Below the pieces are notes generated by a model that did not search any database, was not told the origin of the DNA, and saw only the letters and a list, made by a program, of their open reading frames with translations. Shown piece by piece: positions 23,792-37,150 of a DNA stretch of 64,000 nucleotides; position 1 is the first letter of the stretch, and every line of letters begins with the position of its first letter. Origin of the DNA: Octopus bimaculoides. Its lineage: Eukaryota. The translations under genes were made by a program, and so were the position numbers. The stretch lies in the NCBI RefSeq assembly GCF_001194135.2, contig NC_068997.1, positions 50,381,346 to 50,445,345 on the forward strand. The letters run 5' to 3'.

Positions 23792-25702
23792 GAGGCAGGG
23801 GAAGGGGGTCACTTCAGAGCCCCCTTTCTCTCATATACACACACACTATTTTATATGTATATATATTTTGTATATGTATATATATAAAACAAGCCGGTAG
23901 AAATAACCACTACTTCAGTTGTGTAGCAAACATTATTAGGAGTTCATTTGCGTCAATGCAAATATTTAGAGTTATCACAGATTTATGACAATGCAGAACT
24001 GAAGTTAATGATTGTGAGAAGAGAAAGAAAAGAGAATAAAAAGAGAGAGAGAGAGTTGGGAAGAAGAGAGGGAGAGAGAAAAAAGAGAAGGAAAGACAAC
24101 ATAATGATTTGGAGCCACTGATTTGGAATTCATCTTTTAGAGAAACCAGAGGAGAGAGAAAAAAACACACACACAAAATAATAATAATAGTATTGGATCT
24201 TGGCACAAGGCCAGTAATTTCAGAAAAAGGGGTTAAATCAATTACATCAACCCCAGTACTCAACTGGTACATATTTTATCGACCCTGAAAGGTTGAAAGG
24301 CAAAGTTGGCCTTGTTGGAATTTGAACTCAGAATGTAAAGACAGACGAAATGCAACTAAGCATTTTGCCCAGCGTGCTAACGATTCTGCCAGCTCGCTGC
24401 CTTAATAATAATAATAATAATAATAATACCAGACAAGATTGGAGGCTTGCATTAAATTCCTTATATTAAATTCCTTACATTAAATATCACAAAGTTTGAA
24501 AATCTTAGAACATAGTAATAATGATTTCAAATTTTTGCCACAAGGGCAGCTTGGCGGAGGGGATTAAGTCAATAACATTGACCCCAGTGTTTCACTGGTA
24601 CTTAATTTATTGACCCTGAAAGGATGAAAGGCAAAGTCGACCTTGGCAGAATTTGAACTCAGAATGTAGCGACGAGCGAAATACTGCAAAGCATTCTGTC
24701 CAGAGTGCTACCGATTCTGCCAGCCTGCCATTTTCAAATGATAATAATTACATTGAGTTGTCATAAATTTGTAACTTTATTCTTCTACAACTTTTGTTTA
24801 TCAGTTTTGAAGTTTGAATAAATTCAATGTCTTTCCAGACATATGACGATAGAATGCCAAGCAGGAAATGAAAGGAACAAATTTATCCAACAGCCCAATT
24901 GTAGTAACTAGCGGTTAAAAAAAAAAAAACTAAGATACAATACAAACAGTAATTAAACAGCACCTCAACTACCCTCTTCTCTTCTCTCCCGACTCCTACA
25001 TTAAATTTGTGAAATGTGATAGATTTTTGCGTTGGTCCCTCTTTGCGGCCTAACTGAGGCAACGTTTTACTAAGTATTATTAGTAGTAAAATTTAGCTTC
25101 AAGATTAAACTTTAGAAATAATAAACTTTCCACAGAGGAGTGGGGTGAGGTGACAATTAGTAATTTATTGGAAAAACAGAATATAACAAAAACTCAACAA
25201 AAACAAAACAAATATTGCTCCCTCACCACCACCACCGCCGCCGCCCTCACTTTATTCCTAAATGCAAGACTATGTTTTATCAGAGAAGTATACAGGATGA
25301 TATCCTATCCCCGTGACATATTACAGCTAATTTTGAATGATCCTAGGATGAACAGCTAATTCAATACTGATTTTGAAATTGGTGTATAATAAAGCAGAGG
25401 GACAACGATGCTAAATATAGTAAATATTGGTGTTTAAACCCAGTGCCCTACAAATCAATATATAAAGTAGAAGGATAATGGGTTAAATATAGATGTTTAA
25501 CCCTTTTAGTCTGTTATATCGCCTGCTATCCTTCTTTATTAGGGAATTAGTTCACAAGAATATATAACCGAGGGAGGAGAGAGAGAGAAAATATATATCC
25601 AGTAGCAGGAGCATTTCCACTATGATGACATCAGCTAGCCAATTACTGTGGACGAGCTTTGCATAACATTTTACAAACTTTTTACCCAAATCTTATTTAA
25701 CT

Positions 25703-25754
<52 letters not shown>

Positions 25755-27131
25755 ATATAATATATGTGTGTTTATACGTATGAGGGGGATGAAACAGCTA
25801 TTGTCTTCTAGAAGACAAAAGATTATGTTTTCTACACANNNNNNNNNNNNNNNNNNNNNNNNNNNNNNNNNNNNNNNNNNNNNNNNNNNNNNNNNNNNNN
25901 NNNNNNNNNNNNNNNNNNNNNNNNNNNNNNNNNNNNNNNNNNNNNNNNNNNNNNNNNNNNNNNNNNNNNNNNNNNNNNNNNNNNNNNNNNNNNNNNNNNN
26001 NNNNNNNNNNNNNNNNNNNNNNNNNNNNNNNNNNNNNNNNNNNNNNNNNNNNNNNNNNNNNNNNNNNNNNNNNNNNNNNNNNNNNNNNNNNNNNNNNNNN
26101 NNNNNNNNNNNNNNNNNNNNNNNNNNNNNNNNNNNNNNNNNNNNNNNNNNNNNNNCTCATGGGGTGGGTGGGGAATAAGTAAACCAATAATTTTAGTTTC
26201 CAAACTTTGAAGTTACTGAGTCAGCACAGGATCAAGAGAGACAGAGATAGTGAGAAGCAGGGGGGGGGGGAGAAAGGAAAGGCTAATATATAATAAAAGA
26301 GGGCGGGGAGAACTTCACCAATGTTGAAGTATATATATATATATATATAAAGCATGTACCATTAATAGAGTGAGCCGGAACAGAGACTAAGTCAAACTAG
26401 TCTGTAGGTGGGAGTACAAGAAACAACGACAAACAGCCAAGTTATTAGGCAAGTTCTTCTCAGTGGAATGAATGAATGACTAAGTCCACCTGAACTTTGA
26501 AGTATTGGTTTTGTGCCTCTTTAACAGATTATTCTAGGTCTAGGTTGGTGTCAGATGAAGACGAGAAGACCAGTAGCAACGAAGAATGTATATACTGGGA
26601 GACAGAGGTAAAGAAAGAGATAGAGACAGACAGACAGACAGACAGAGTGACTACCTTTTGTGTAAATGGGAAAGGAAAACACCTACTCCACCACACCTGT
26701 CCCAGACTCCTAAATCACTGAAAGATGGTAAAGATTCTGAAACAAGCCGACAGCTACATAACGTTTAATGTGGTCCTTGGCTGATGTCTGGCTCAGCAAC
26801 TGAAAAGAAATGTCCTTTTTAGTATCCAAATCATGTTAACAAAAAGAAAGAAAGAAAAAAAAAAGATGAACCATTCCTTCTTATTGTTGTTGGTTTTTTT
26901 TTTTTCGCCGTCAGCAATAATTTTATCATCAAACTGAAAGCTCAATTATTTTGTTTTTTCTTCGACTTCTTTGAAAGTTGGTTTTTTTTTTTTGTTGTTG
27001 TTAAACATACATACATATATATATGTATGTATAGATATTTTATATCATATATTTGTTGCTGTGCAAACAAGTTAAATGATAGCAGACACATCTGAGAGTG
27101 GCAGAGCTGAAGAACTGTTGACTGTTGGTTC

Positions 27132-27217
27132 CTACACAGGACGTCGGATATGGCTAACTTTCATGGTACCTAAACACAAAGCTCGCAGCAAGAAAAGAGC
27201 CGTCAAGATAAACGCCA
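27132..27217 (-). CDS. TMEM55: TMEM55 coding exon 8 (second TM helix and stop)
   Basis: poly-T/cag| acceptor; (V)AFILTALFLLRALCLGTMKVSHIRRPV-TAG with the conserved MKVSH; total CDS 792 nt, 263 aa. Confidence 0.93.
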
Positions 27218-27276
27218 CTGAAAAAAAAAAAAAAAAAAAAATTAAAACAATGTTTGTATTTGTATGTGTGTGTGCA

Positions 27277-27720
27277 TCATCATTGTTTAATGTCTGTTTT
27301 CCATGCTGGCAGGGGTTAGACGGCTTAACATGGAGCTGGCTAGCAGGGAACTGTTTAGATTCCAACTGTCTGTTGTGACATGGTTTCTACGGCTGGATAC
27401 CTTTCCTGATGCCAACCATTTTACAGAGTGTGCTTAGGTGAACAGAGTGTCAGGTACTTTTCATGTGCCACTGGCAAGGGTGCGTTTATGCAGCACTGGC
27501 CCGGGTGCATTAACGCAGCACTGACACCCGAAAGGACAAGCCTGTCTTTGTGGAAGACAGCAATTTTACTTGGCCTGACACGTCTCATCAAGTACAGCAA
27601 ATCGCCACATCTCCCAGTCCCTTGTCGTTTTCTCAGTGAGGCCCAACATCCAAAGATCCTTTCTCACCACTTCATCCCATGCCTTCCTGGGTCAACCCCT
27701 CCCACAGGTACCTTCCACAA
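27277..27720 (-). mobile_element. 5'-truncated RTE-clade LINE (last codons plus 3' UTR with (GAT)n tail) in the last TMEM55 intron
   Basis: VEGTCGRGxPRKAWDEVVRKDLWMLGLTEKTTRDWEMWRFAVLDETCQAK-stop followed by the 3' end shared with many shorter copies (e.g. 2290-2458 +, 5948-6040 -, 38300-38433 -, 48255-48549 +, 48990-49190 +). Confidence 0.8.
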
Positions 27721-27810
27721 TTAGAGCTTGGCATTTCTTTATACAGCTGTCCTCATCCAGACACATGTATATATGTACATATGTGTATGCATACATGTAT
27801 NNNNNNNNNN

Positions 27811-27849
<39 letters not shown>

Positions 27850-28314
27850 TGTGTGTGTGTGTATTATTAGTTTGTCATTGACAGTGACTGAGGGATATCA
27901 CACGGGAGAAGACAACAGGTCATTGTGTGTCCAGCTCTGCCAATCAGTTCGATACGTGCTTGGATGGCTCTGCTGCAGGTCAGGCGGCACTGGTGATCTG
28001 CTGGGAGTGAAGGGAAGGCGTTAGCTCTGGACTTGCGTAATTCATGTTTTCTTCTGCTTTGTAAACAGAACAGGATTGCAAGTACACAAAGAAAAATGTC
28101 TGTTTGTATATATACACACATACATAGGTGCAAGCATGGCTGTGTGGTTAAGAAGTTTACCTCCCAATAACATGGTTTCAGGTTGAGTCCCATTGCATAG
28201 CTACCTTGGGTAAATGACTCCCACTGTAACCCTGGGCCAAGCAAAGCCCCAAGTGAATTTGGTAGATAGAAACTGAAGGAAGCCCATTGTATATTAGTGT
28301 TTGTAGGTCGTTTT

Positions 28315-28450
28315 CACAGCAACCACCCTGTCAAAGGCTTTCTTCAGATCAATGAATACTATGTAGTGGTTTACTTTTTGCTAAGTACTTCTCCTGAAGT
28401 TGCCAAACTATAAAGAAACTATCAGTAGAGCTTCTTGATTTTAGCCATTG
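28315..28450 (-). mobile_element. RTE-like RT fragment
   Basis: SRSSTDSFFIVWQLQEKYLAKSKPL resembles the RT-domain consensus STTDAIFIVRQLQEKY. Confidence 0.7.
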
Positions 28451-29079
28451 AAAAATTTCCAGTCCTCCAGAGGTGAATAAAAAGAGAAAAAAAAGATTCC
28501 TTTGCACTCACTTCTGACTCAAGCAGATCATTGTCATTTGCCTCAAGTTCCCTTTTCTTTGCTGCCATAGGTTGAGACAAAGTTGTTGCAATCAAAGTCA
28601 GTTTTTATTTGGAGTTATGGCCCTCTAAGACTGGTTGTGGACCTTGACTTGCTGTTACCAGCAACTCTATATAGCATAATGGATGTGTGGTTAAGAAGCT
28701 GGATTTTTAACCATATAATCTCAGCTTCAGTCCCACTGCACAGCATCAAGTGTCTTCCATTATAGCCTCGGGCCAACCAAAATCTTGTGAGAGGATTTGG
28801 CAGACAGAATCTGGAAGAAGCCTATCATAAATACATATGTGTGTGTGTCCCTTTATTGTGACCTCACATGGTGGCTGTAAACAAGCATCATAATCATACA
28901 TGTAAGTTTGTTTATTTCCAGCCTTCTGTGGGAAAAATATCTGGCCATGGGAAAATATCACCTTGTTTGGAGACAGGCAAGGGTTGGTGACAGGAGAGGC
29001 ATCTGGCCATTGAAAGTCTGCATCAATTCCATCTAACCTATTCAAGCATGGAAATGAGCACATTAAAGGAAGATAACGT

Positions 29080-29134
<55 letters not shown>

Positions 29135-29787
29135 GGGTAAGAGGAATGAAGGGAGACTGATGTGTTTGCTGAGGAAAATGGGATAGTTCTGGAGTGCCTC
29201 ATTTGCAGGCAACAGAAGGGATGGTGGCTTTGTTGGCTTGAAATGACCCAAGACACTTTCACACTTGGCACATATGTTTGCAATGGAGTGAACCTGGCAG
29301 AGCGGAAGGGGATAGTTTTGGGAAGAGATTTGTCCAGTGTGTGTGTGCGCGTGTGACTGTATGTGTGCGACTGTGTGTGTGTGTGTGCATGCATGTGTAA
29401 CTGTGCATGTGTGCGCGTGACTGTGTGTTTGTGTGTGAGTGAGTGACAGTGATGTGTGTGACTGTGTGCAACTGTGCATGCATGTTAGGCAGTGTGTGTG
29501 CGTGTGACTGTGTGACTGTGTGTGTGTGTGTGTGTGTGTGTGCATGCACATGGTGTGTGGAGTTAGATGCAGCAAATGTGGAGTTTTATGTGTTTTATAT
29601 AGTATTATATATAATGGGAGTATTAGCCTGAAGAACTGTCATGTTTGAGAACTGAATCTAAGGAGACGGTGTATATATGGCTAATCTGTGAGTTGTTCTT
29701 AATATCTTTGTTCTCAAATTTACATCATTAAAACCAAATGGGTTTTAGTTAGCAACTGAAACTAGCAGGAAATTCTCTTTTACTCAC

Positions 29788-29842
29788 CTGCCCAGGCAGC
29801 ATATATTCCTTTGTTTTTCATAGCAAGCTGGTAAGTCATCAC
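29788..29842 (-). CDS. TMEM55: TMEM55 coding exon 7
   Basis: tctcttgcag| ... CAG|gtgagt; VMTYQLAMKNKGIYAAWA+G with the conserved GIYAAWA. Confidence 0.93.
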
Positions 29843-30924
29843 CTGCAAGAGAAGAGTATCAAAGAATACAGGCATCTCGACATTTACAATCACACAAAAA
29901 CAGACACACCATTAACAGTCCTAGATAGACAAACTAAAGAAGGCCTTTTATACACACACAAGGATAGAGACAACTGACTCTTTTACAAACACACACTAAA
30001 GACAATCTTTCATTTCAATTAACCTCACCATTAGAAATGAAAGAAGATTTAATATTTGTATTGACACCTAGACAGGTGTTTTCTTTTGTGGATGTGCATA
30101 AAGTAACAGACAGGACTCTAACTAGGAATTTCAGTTCCTTAACCATGTTCAAGTCCAGTCTAGAATTATGTATTCATCCAGGAATGAAACAAACCCAGGA
30201 ATAATCAAGGAATGAATGAGATGAAACAGTGTAAGTATCAATATTAAAAGAAAAATTCTTGTTTCTAAAAACGAAGTAAATAAGTAGATAAATTTTAATT
30301 TGGAATATTTTGTTTCTGTATTTGGTTTGCAAGATGATTGATGTGAATGTGTCTGTTGAAACAGAATTAGTTGTATCTTGGGAGGGTCATTATGCCAATA
30401 ACACACACACATACACTAGTTCTAATTCACTGCTTTGTTATTTGTCAATTGGTTAGTTATTTAACCAATCAACTAATTGATTGTTCAATTAGTCATTCAG
30501 TTAATCAAGTGTTTTTACCAAAGTCCTTTTGTCATCATTTGTGGCCCCTTCAATGACATGCCCTTCCCTGCTCCAGGTCAGTTTCAGGAATGGCTTTCAA
30601 AATCAAATTATAATTTGATTTAGTTGCAAATTGAAAGGTTCATTATGCTGACAAGCACATACATGTTATTGGCATAATGAATCTCTCCTGGACACAACAA
30701 AAAACACAATAAAATACTTTTCGACACACCAGTTTGAATGTGGATCAAGAATCTTGAAAAACAAATCCAAAAACGAAATACAATTTAATTAACAAGGACT
30801 TGTCTCAGACATTTTCCCAAATTAAGTTTTGAACAGTGAAATAGAAATCTGTAAAAGTGAAAACAACAAACATTGTTTGGAACGGTAAAGGATTCTAATA
30901 CAGGAGAAAATAAAGATTCCTTAC

Positions 30925-31015
30925 TGTCAGTACTATGGCAGTTCCCAAGAGAATTACACCTAACGCTGTATAAACAATTGCTTTTTTCCGCACATATGAA
31001 GGTCCAACTGCTGAA
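30925..31015 (-). CDS. TMEM55: TMEM55 coding exon 6 (first transmembrane helix)
   Basis: ctttcag| ... ACA|gtaagg; SAVGPSYVRKKAIVYTALGVILLGTAIVLT, 91 nt. Confidence 0.93.
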
Positions 31016-31376
31016 CTGAAAGATTACAGAAACACATGGAAAAATTAGAAACTATTAAAAATGAGAGAAAATTCAGTAGAACAAGAACTGTACTGCAATA
31101 GTGTATGTATTATTCCTAGGGCTATACTGACCCAGAATAGCAGCACTTGTCAGGACCCTGCTATGGGTTAATTAGCATGATGACAAATTGCCTCTGTAAA
31201 AAAAAAAAGGTCTCTCATAAACGCCCCAGTGGACTCAGGAGAGATGAGACCCTTCAGCTGCTCATCTAAGAGAAGGTAATTCCATTCAGATCCCACATCC
31301 TGTGACTACTGGGCTCAAAACACTTGTAGCAATAGATCTATACAAGTCTGACAGGCAAGCAAGTGGGACAGGTTCT

Positions 31377-31458
31377 GCACAAGCCCATACCTGCTACAAT
31401 AATCCTTTCTACTATAGGCACAAGCCCATACCTGCTACAATAATCCTTTCTACTATAG
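31377..31458 (+). repeat. Perfect 41-bp tandem duplication at a SINE C tail
   Basis: gcacaagcccatacctgctacaataatcctttctactatag occurs twice. Confidence 0.9.
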
Positions 31459-32076
31459 GCACAAGGCCTGAAATTTGGAGAGATAATCGATTGCATCAAC
31501 CCCAGCCTGTACTCAACTGGCACTTATTTTATCTATGCCGAAGGTAGAGTCAGCCTCAGTAGCAGCATTTGAACCGAAGAAGACAGACAAAATGCCACTA
31601 GGCATCTTGTCCAGTCGGCTAACAATTCTGCCAGCTGGCTCATTTTAATATTGGTCATCACACAGCTTGTTCAGTAAAACGAAATGCCGGCACCAAAGAC
31701 TGTGCAGCTGTGACTTGCAGAAGCCTCATTCGTCAAAGTGACAACACAGAGTCCACCATACATTGTAGCATGCTGTTTTATGATGTTGGTAGGGTACTGT
31801 AGTATATTGCAGTATAGCACTACATTGTGGTACAGCACTACATTGTGGTACAGTGTTGTATAGTGTAGAATACTGTGTTATGATGTAGGTAGTGTATTGT
31901 GTATGAACTTAAATGACAATAAATAAGATGATTCTCTATCATTCAACAACAAGGGTTCAGTTGATGGATCAATTAAAATACCTGCTCGTCAAATTAGCAT
32001 ATAAGTGGCTGAGTATCCCATACACTTGTGTACAAATATTAATAAACTCTGGTACTCTGGTATTGATAATTTAGAG

Positions 32077-32118
<42 letters not shown>

Positions 32119-32145
32119 AGATAGATAGATAAACTGAGTACTTAC

Positions 32146-32195
32146 ACTCGCCGACAATGTGGACATCGTACCAATGATGTTGATCGAACATTAAA
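32146..32195 (-). CDS. TMEM55: TMEM55 coding exon 5
   Basis: ttgttgcag| ... GT|gtaagt; FNVRSTSLVRCPHCRR(V), 50 nt. Confidence 0.93.
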
Positions 32196-32217
32196 CTGCA
32201 ACAAATTAATATTTCAA

Positions 32218-32250
<33 letters not shown>

Positions 32251-32852
32251 AGCTGGTACAGTGGATGTTCCACTGGTTTAATCAGAAACAACCACCAAGT
32301 TTTTTTGGTGTTCAAAAATGTAAGAAGTGCGCATGTAGAACTAACAATCTTATAAAACTGTAAAACCTTTTAAACTTTAGTTTCCTGAAAACTCATTTTG
32401 GTTGAAATTTTAATTAAAACCTGAACTTTTTAATATGGGTATTTAGGTTCTGGCAGGTACAGTATGTAATGTGGAAACTGGGGTGGTATTTTTAGGTAAG
32501 AAAGGGGCAGTTTGTAACATGAAAACTGCAGTAGTCCCAGGTAGGCTGTAACTGGAAATGGTGGAGAGTTTAACCTGCTAGCATTTAAACTGGCTGAATC
32601 AAGCCCAAATATTCTATCTACTGTATGTTCAAATTGGCCTGACCTGACCTTTCGCACCTACCCTACTATGTCCTCCTAAAAATAAACAATCATCAAAATC
32701 TCAAAACTACAAGACAATGCAGGATTCATTCAAAAACAATGTCAATAAATAAGCATTACAGTTAACAGATTAATCCGAATGTTAAAGGGTTAAATTCATT
32801 AAAAAAAAAAAAAATTTTTTAAATAAAACAATAAAAAAAGCTAAATAATTAC

Positions 32853-32949
32853 CAAAAATGTTTTGGCACAATGTGCACACTCAATGTGACTGGTTCCGGG
32901 TGAATGCATCATAACTGTTGGAGCAGGACTGAGATTGATAATTCTTTTG
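32853..32949 (-). CDS. TMEM55: TMEM55 coding exon 4
   Basis: ttgcag| ... TTG|gtaatt; (C)KRIINLSPAPTVMMHSPGTSHIECAHCAKTFL. Confidence 0.94.
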
Positions 32950-33161
32950 CTGCAATTGAAACAGAAACAGAACAGGTTACAGGTGTAAATGGCTGAAATG
33001 TCAAACACAGAATTGGTTTAACTGGACAGGCATCGATCGAGGTGGCTGTGAAGTCATGAGAAAGAGATTTGTTTATTATTAATGTTGTTGTTGTTGTTGT
33101 TGTTTAGCCCTAGGTTCAACCCTAATCCAGGAGACTTTTCTGATCAAAGTATTCTACTTTA

Positions 33162-33557
33162 GGCGCAGGAGTGACTGTGTGGTAAGTAGCTTGCTTACCA
33201 ACCACATGGTTCCGGGTTCAGTCCCACTGCGTGGCACCTTTGGCAAGTGTCTTCTACTATAGCCTCGGGCCGACCAAAGCCTTGCGAGTGGATTTGGTAG
33301 ACGGAAACTGAAAGAAGCCCGTCGTACATATGTATATATATACATATATATATATGTATGTGTGTTTCTGTGTCTGTGTTTGTCCCCCCACCATCGCTTG
33401 ACAACCGATGCTGGTGTGTTTACGTCCACGTAACTTAGCGGTTCGGCAAAAAGAGACCAATAGAATAAGTACTAGGCTTACAAAGAATAAGTCCTGGGGT
33501 CGATTTTCTCGACAGCATGGCCGTAGTCAAATGACTGAAACAAGTAAACAAGTAAAA
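33162..33557 (+). mobile_element. tRNA-headed SINE family B, full length
   Basis: GTGGCTGTGTGG and GGTTCAGTCC boxes, internal (TA/TG)n, tail gaaacaagtaaaagag; other copies at 4430-4720, 9972-10345, 36380-36712 (-) and many 5' halves. Confidence 0.9.
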
Positions 33558-34100
33558 GAGTACCTATTACCGTTCAACTTTTTTTTGTAAGATATATCTA
33601 GGACTACACTATTTAATGTAGCCTCACCATTTATAAGACAATAAGGTGTATTTGAAAGAGATTTGATTGCTATTTCTAGCAGACTGAGTGACTATGTAGA
33701 AACTCCCTGATTAATTTATTCTGACCAGTTTGGTGATGGGGAAAGCAAATGCCAGGACTGAGCCAGAAGGGGGAAGTCAAGTGTAAAGTAATATATTAAG
33801 AGTTTCAAATTCTGGCACAAGGCCAGCAATTTGGGGGAGGGGTAAGTCAAATCAACCTCAGTATGCAAAGCCAGCAAGTTCAGGGGAGGGGTAAGGCCTG
33901 AAATTTAGGGGAAGGAGATAGTCAATTACATCAACTCCAGTATTCAACTGGTACTTAATTTATTGACCCTGAAAGGATGGAAGGTAAAGTCGACCTTGGT
34001 GGAATTTGAACTCAAAACATAGCAATGGGCAAAATGCTTAGCTGCATTTTGCTCAGCATGCTAACCACTCTGCCAGCTTGCTGCCTTAATAATAATAATA

Positions 34101-34159
<59 letters not shown>

Positions 34160-34403
34160 TTTAGCAGAAGGGGATGATTGATTACATTGACCCCTGCCCT
34201 TGAGTGGTACTTTATTTTATTAACCCCAAAAGGATGAAAGGCAAAGTTGACATCAGCATGGTTTTGGATGAAGAACTAATCACATGTTGAGTTTAAAAGA
34301 AGAAGAGACGGAGAATAGAATGAAGAAAGGGGAAGGAGGAAAGAGGGTAAAGACAACAGGGAAAAGATTGAAGGAAGAGAAGGTAAAAAGGAAACTTTCT
34401 TAC

Positions 34404-34510
34404 CAGTCTGGCCGAGGGCAAGCAATTCTTTGAGAAGCTCCCTTGCAGATGAGGAGACAATGACATGGGCACCGGACATATTTCTTCCCAGGAGGAGCTG
34501 CTTTGATTGG
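34404..34510 (-). CDS. TMEM55: TMEM55 coding exon 3 (contains CX5R motif CKGASQR)
   Basis: tttgtag| ... CTG|gtaaga; [35 protein letters not shown]+TG, 107 nt. Confidence 0.96.
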
Positions 34511-35504
34511 CTACAAATAGTGTTAATTTGGATACATCTTAGACATTAAGAATCATTCTAAATCTCCAAAAACACACACATTTTTAACATAACTTTCACA
34601 AACAATGAACTCCATATATTCTGGTTGACTGAAAATATATATATATGTATCTAAGACGTTGTATCAATTCACCGTTAGACGATGGTGAGAGGGACAAACG
34701 CACACACACACACACACACACATGTGTTTGTGTGTGTTTACATATGTGTATATGCATATGTATATGTGTGCGTATATACAACCTTCAAAGTAACAGTCAT
34801 GTATACAACTTGAACTGACGCACATATCAGTACATAAACATATGTTCACATGTACATACATATGTACACACACACAAACACGTCTACACACTTACCCTAT
34901 TACTCACGTACATCCATAAGTACATACGAGCATACGCACATACATACATATCTACATATATACATACATGTGTATAGGCATGCACACATGCATACGCATG
35001 TACACAGATGCATACGTGCACATGTGCATGCACATACATACATACATACATACACACGTACATATATATCATGAACTAACTTAGTTTCTCAGAGGCAGCA
35101 CAGAATTTTGTCAGTGAACAGGTCGCAGTCTCAAAGCGACGAAAATATTTTGACAAATTAAATTTAAATGTTGAAGTGAATCTAACGGATTTTGTGTGTT
35201 ATTTTAAATGGCTTATAAACACCTTCCACGCTGCAATTGTTTTCGTTCCAGCACACAATCTCAGATCAGGTCACTTGCTATGCAAGTACATCTCCCTATA
35301 TATATATATATATACATACATACATCATAGCCAGACACAATGAGAGTAAAGTGTAGAATATGCTATGGTCTGGAGGAAATGGCATAGCTCAGGCAAATGG
35401 TACAATCCAATGAAGACAATGAAACACTCACGACAAAACATGACAGTAAAAGGTGAAGAACCCCTTTCAGTTTCGAATGACCATGAGATTGCACCTAGGA
35501 AGTC

Positions 35505-35767
35505 CCCCTCTGGGCAAGGTTGTTTATGGAAGACCAGAAGTCGCCCATGCATACCAGCCTCCCCTTCTCCATGCCACCGATGTTATCCAAGGGAAAGGCA
35601 AAGGGACCGATACAGCTTGGCATCAGTGACATCACAACTCATTTCTACAGCTGAATGAACTGGAAATAAAGTGTCTTGCTCAAGAACTCAAGACACAGCC
35701 TGGTCTGAGAATCGAACTCACTACCTCATGATTGTGAGCCCAATGCTTTAACCACTGAGCCATGTGC
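35505..35767 (-). mobile_element. tRNA-headed SINE, fourth family
   Basis: Minus strand reads ggctcagtggttaaagcattgggc...gagttcgattctc (A/B boxes) followed by a non-tRNA body. Confidence 0.7.
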
Positions 35768-35869
35768 ATAGAACTGGTACAGTCCAGTTCAATGAAGATG
35801 GTGAAAGTGTCACAGCAAGACAAAACACAATGATGATAAAAAGTGGGAAAGTGAGAACTTTGTACTTAC

Positions 35870-36072
35870 CGTGGCTTCGTGACAAACACTACATTTGACA
35901 ACATGTTGGTGAAGTTTGCCTTCTATATTAATCATTGCCTGGCAAACCTTGCAGTTGATCATCGGTATACCACCCTGGGGTGTTGGGGTGTAAGGAAGAG
36001 GAAGTTCATTAGAAGAAAGAGGAGGAACCAGTTGAGAAGATGAAGATGATGATGATGTTGTTTCTGACCTCC
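35870..36072 (-). CDS. TMEM55: TMEM55 coding exon 2
   Basis: ttcctcgacag| acceptor, ACG|gtaagt donor; ...ELPLPYTPTPQGGIPMINCKVCQAMINIEGKLHQHVVKCSVCHEAT matches the TMEM55 Cys-rich region. Confidence 0.95.
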
Positions 36073-36561
36073 CTGTCGAGGAAAAAAAATACATATTTAA
36101 AAACAGGTTTGGTTATTTGAAATGGAACAGGAAGACAAGTTTCCACCATGAACAAAAGGTGCATATAATGGCAGTAGGAGCAGATAAGCCTATCAAGATG
36201 TGTAGGTTGAGAACACAGAGGAGACATAAATTTTATAAATCTGTAATAATATAGCTGGAAGATGATAGTTTATCTCTACATAATATTGGTTTCAAACTTT
36301 GATGTCAGGTTAGTAATTTTGTGGGAAGAGCAAGTTGATTACATCAACCCCAAGGCTCCACTTCCATCTTTTTTTTTCACTTGTTTCAGTCCTTTGACTG
36401 CAGCCAGGACTTATTCTTTGTAGGCCTAGTACTTATTCTATCAGTTTCTTTTGCCAAACTGCTAAGTTACAGGGACGTAAACACACCAACGATGGTTGTC
36501 AAGCGATGGTGGGGAGACAAACACAGACACAAACATATCTCTCTCTCTCTCNNNNNNNNNN

Positions 36562-36616
<55 letters not shown>

Positions 36617-36879
36617 TGACGGGCTTCTTTCAGCTTCTTTCTACCAAATCTGCTCATAAGGCTTTGGTCTTCTACTATAGCCTGAGGCTATAGTAGAAGA
36701 CACTTGCCCAATTTGATGGAGAGACTGAACTAACGTACACCACAAATATTCGATCACTATAAACAAATCAACTTTGCAGGCTGTTCAACATTGTCCGTCA
36801 TATACAACAGGAGAGCCTCACCACACACACACACATATATGCATATATACATACATACATATATGTAGATACATACATA

Positions 36880-37150
36880 TATATGTATATAGGTACACAT
36901 ATATGGGTACAGGATGTCATAAAATGTAAACAACCTGAAACACGAAAATAAAGTTGGGTACGCAAAGAATGAGAGAAACAAATGGAAAACAAGACAAGTA
37001 ACATAAAAAACGACCCTTCATCAGTTGTCAGGTGCCCTTCTACTCCTTATTTCAAGCAATGGTCTTTGCATATCCAAATTTATTTGCGTATTTCATGTTG
37101 TTTATGTTTTATGACGTCCTGTACCCATGTATGCATACCTATATACATTT
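36880..37150. repeat. Inverted-repeat-flanked element (arms about 70 bp) in TMEM55 intron 1
   Basis: tatgggtacaggatgtcataaaatgtaaacaacctgaaacacg versus the reverse complement of 37078-37150. Confidence 0.75.
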
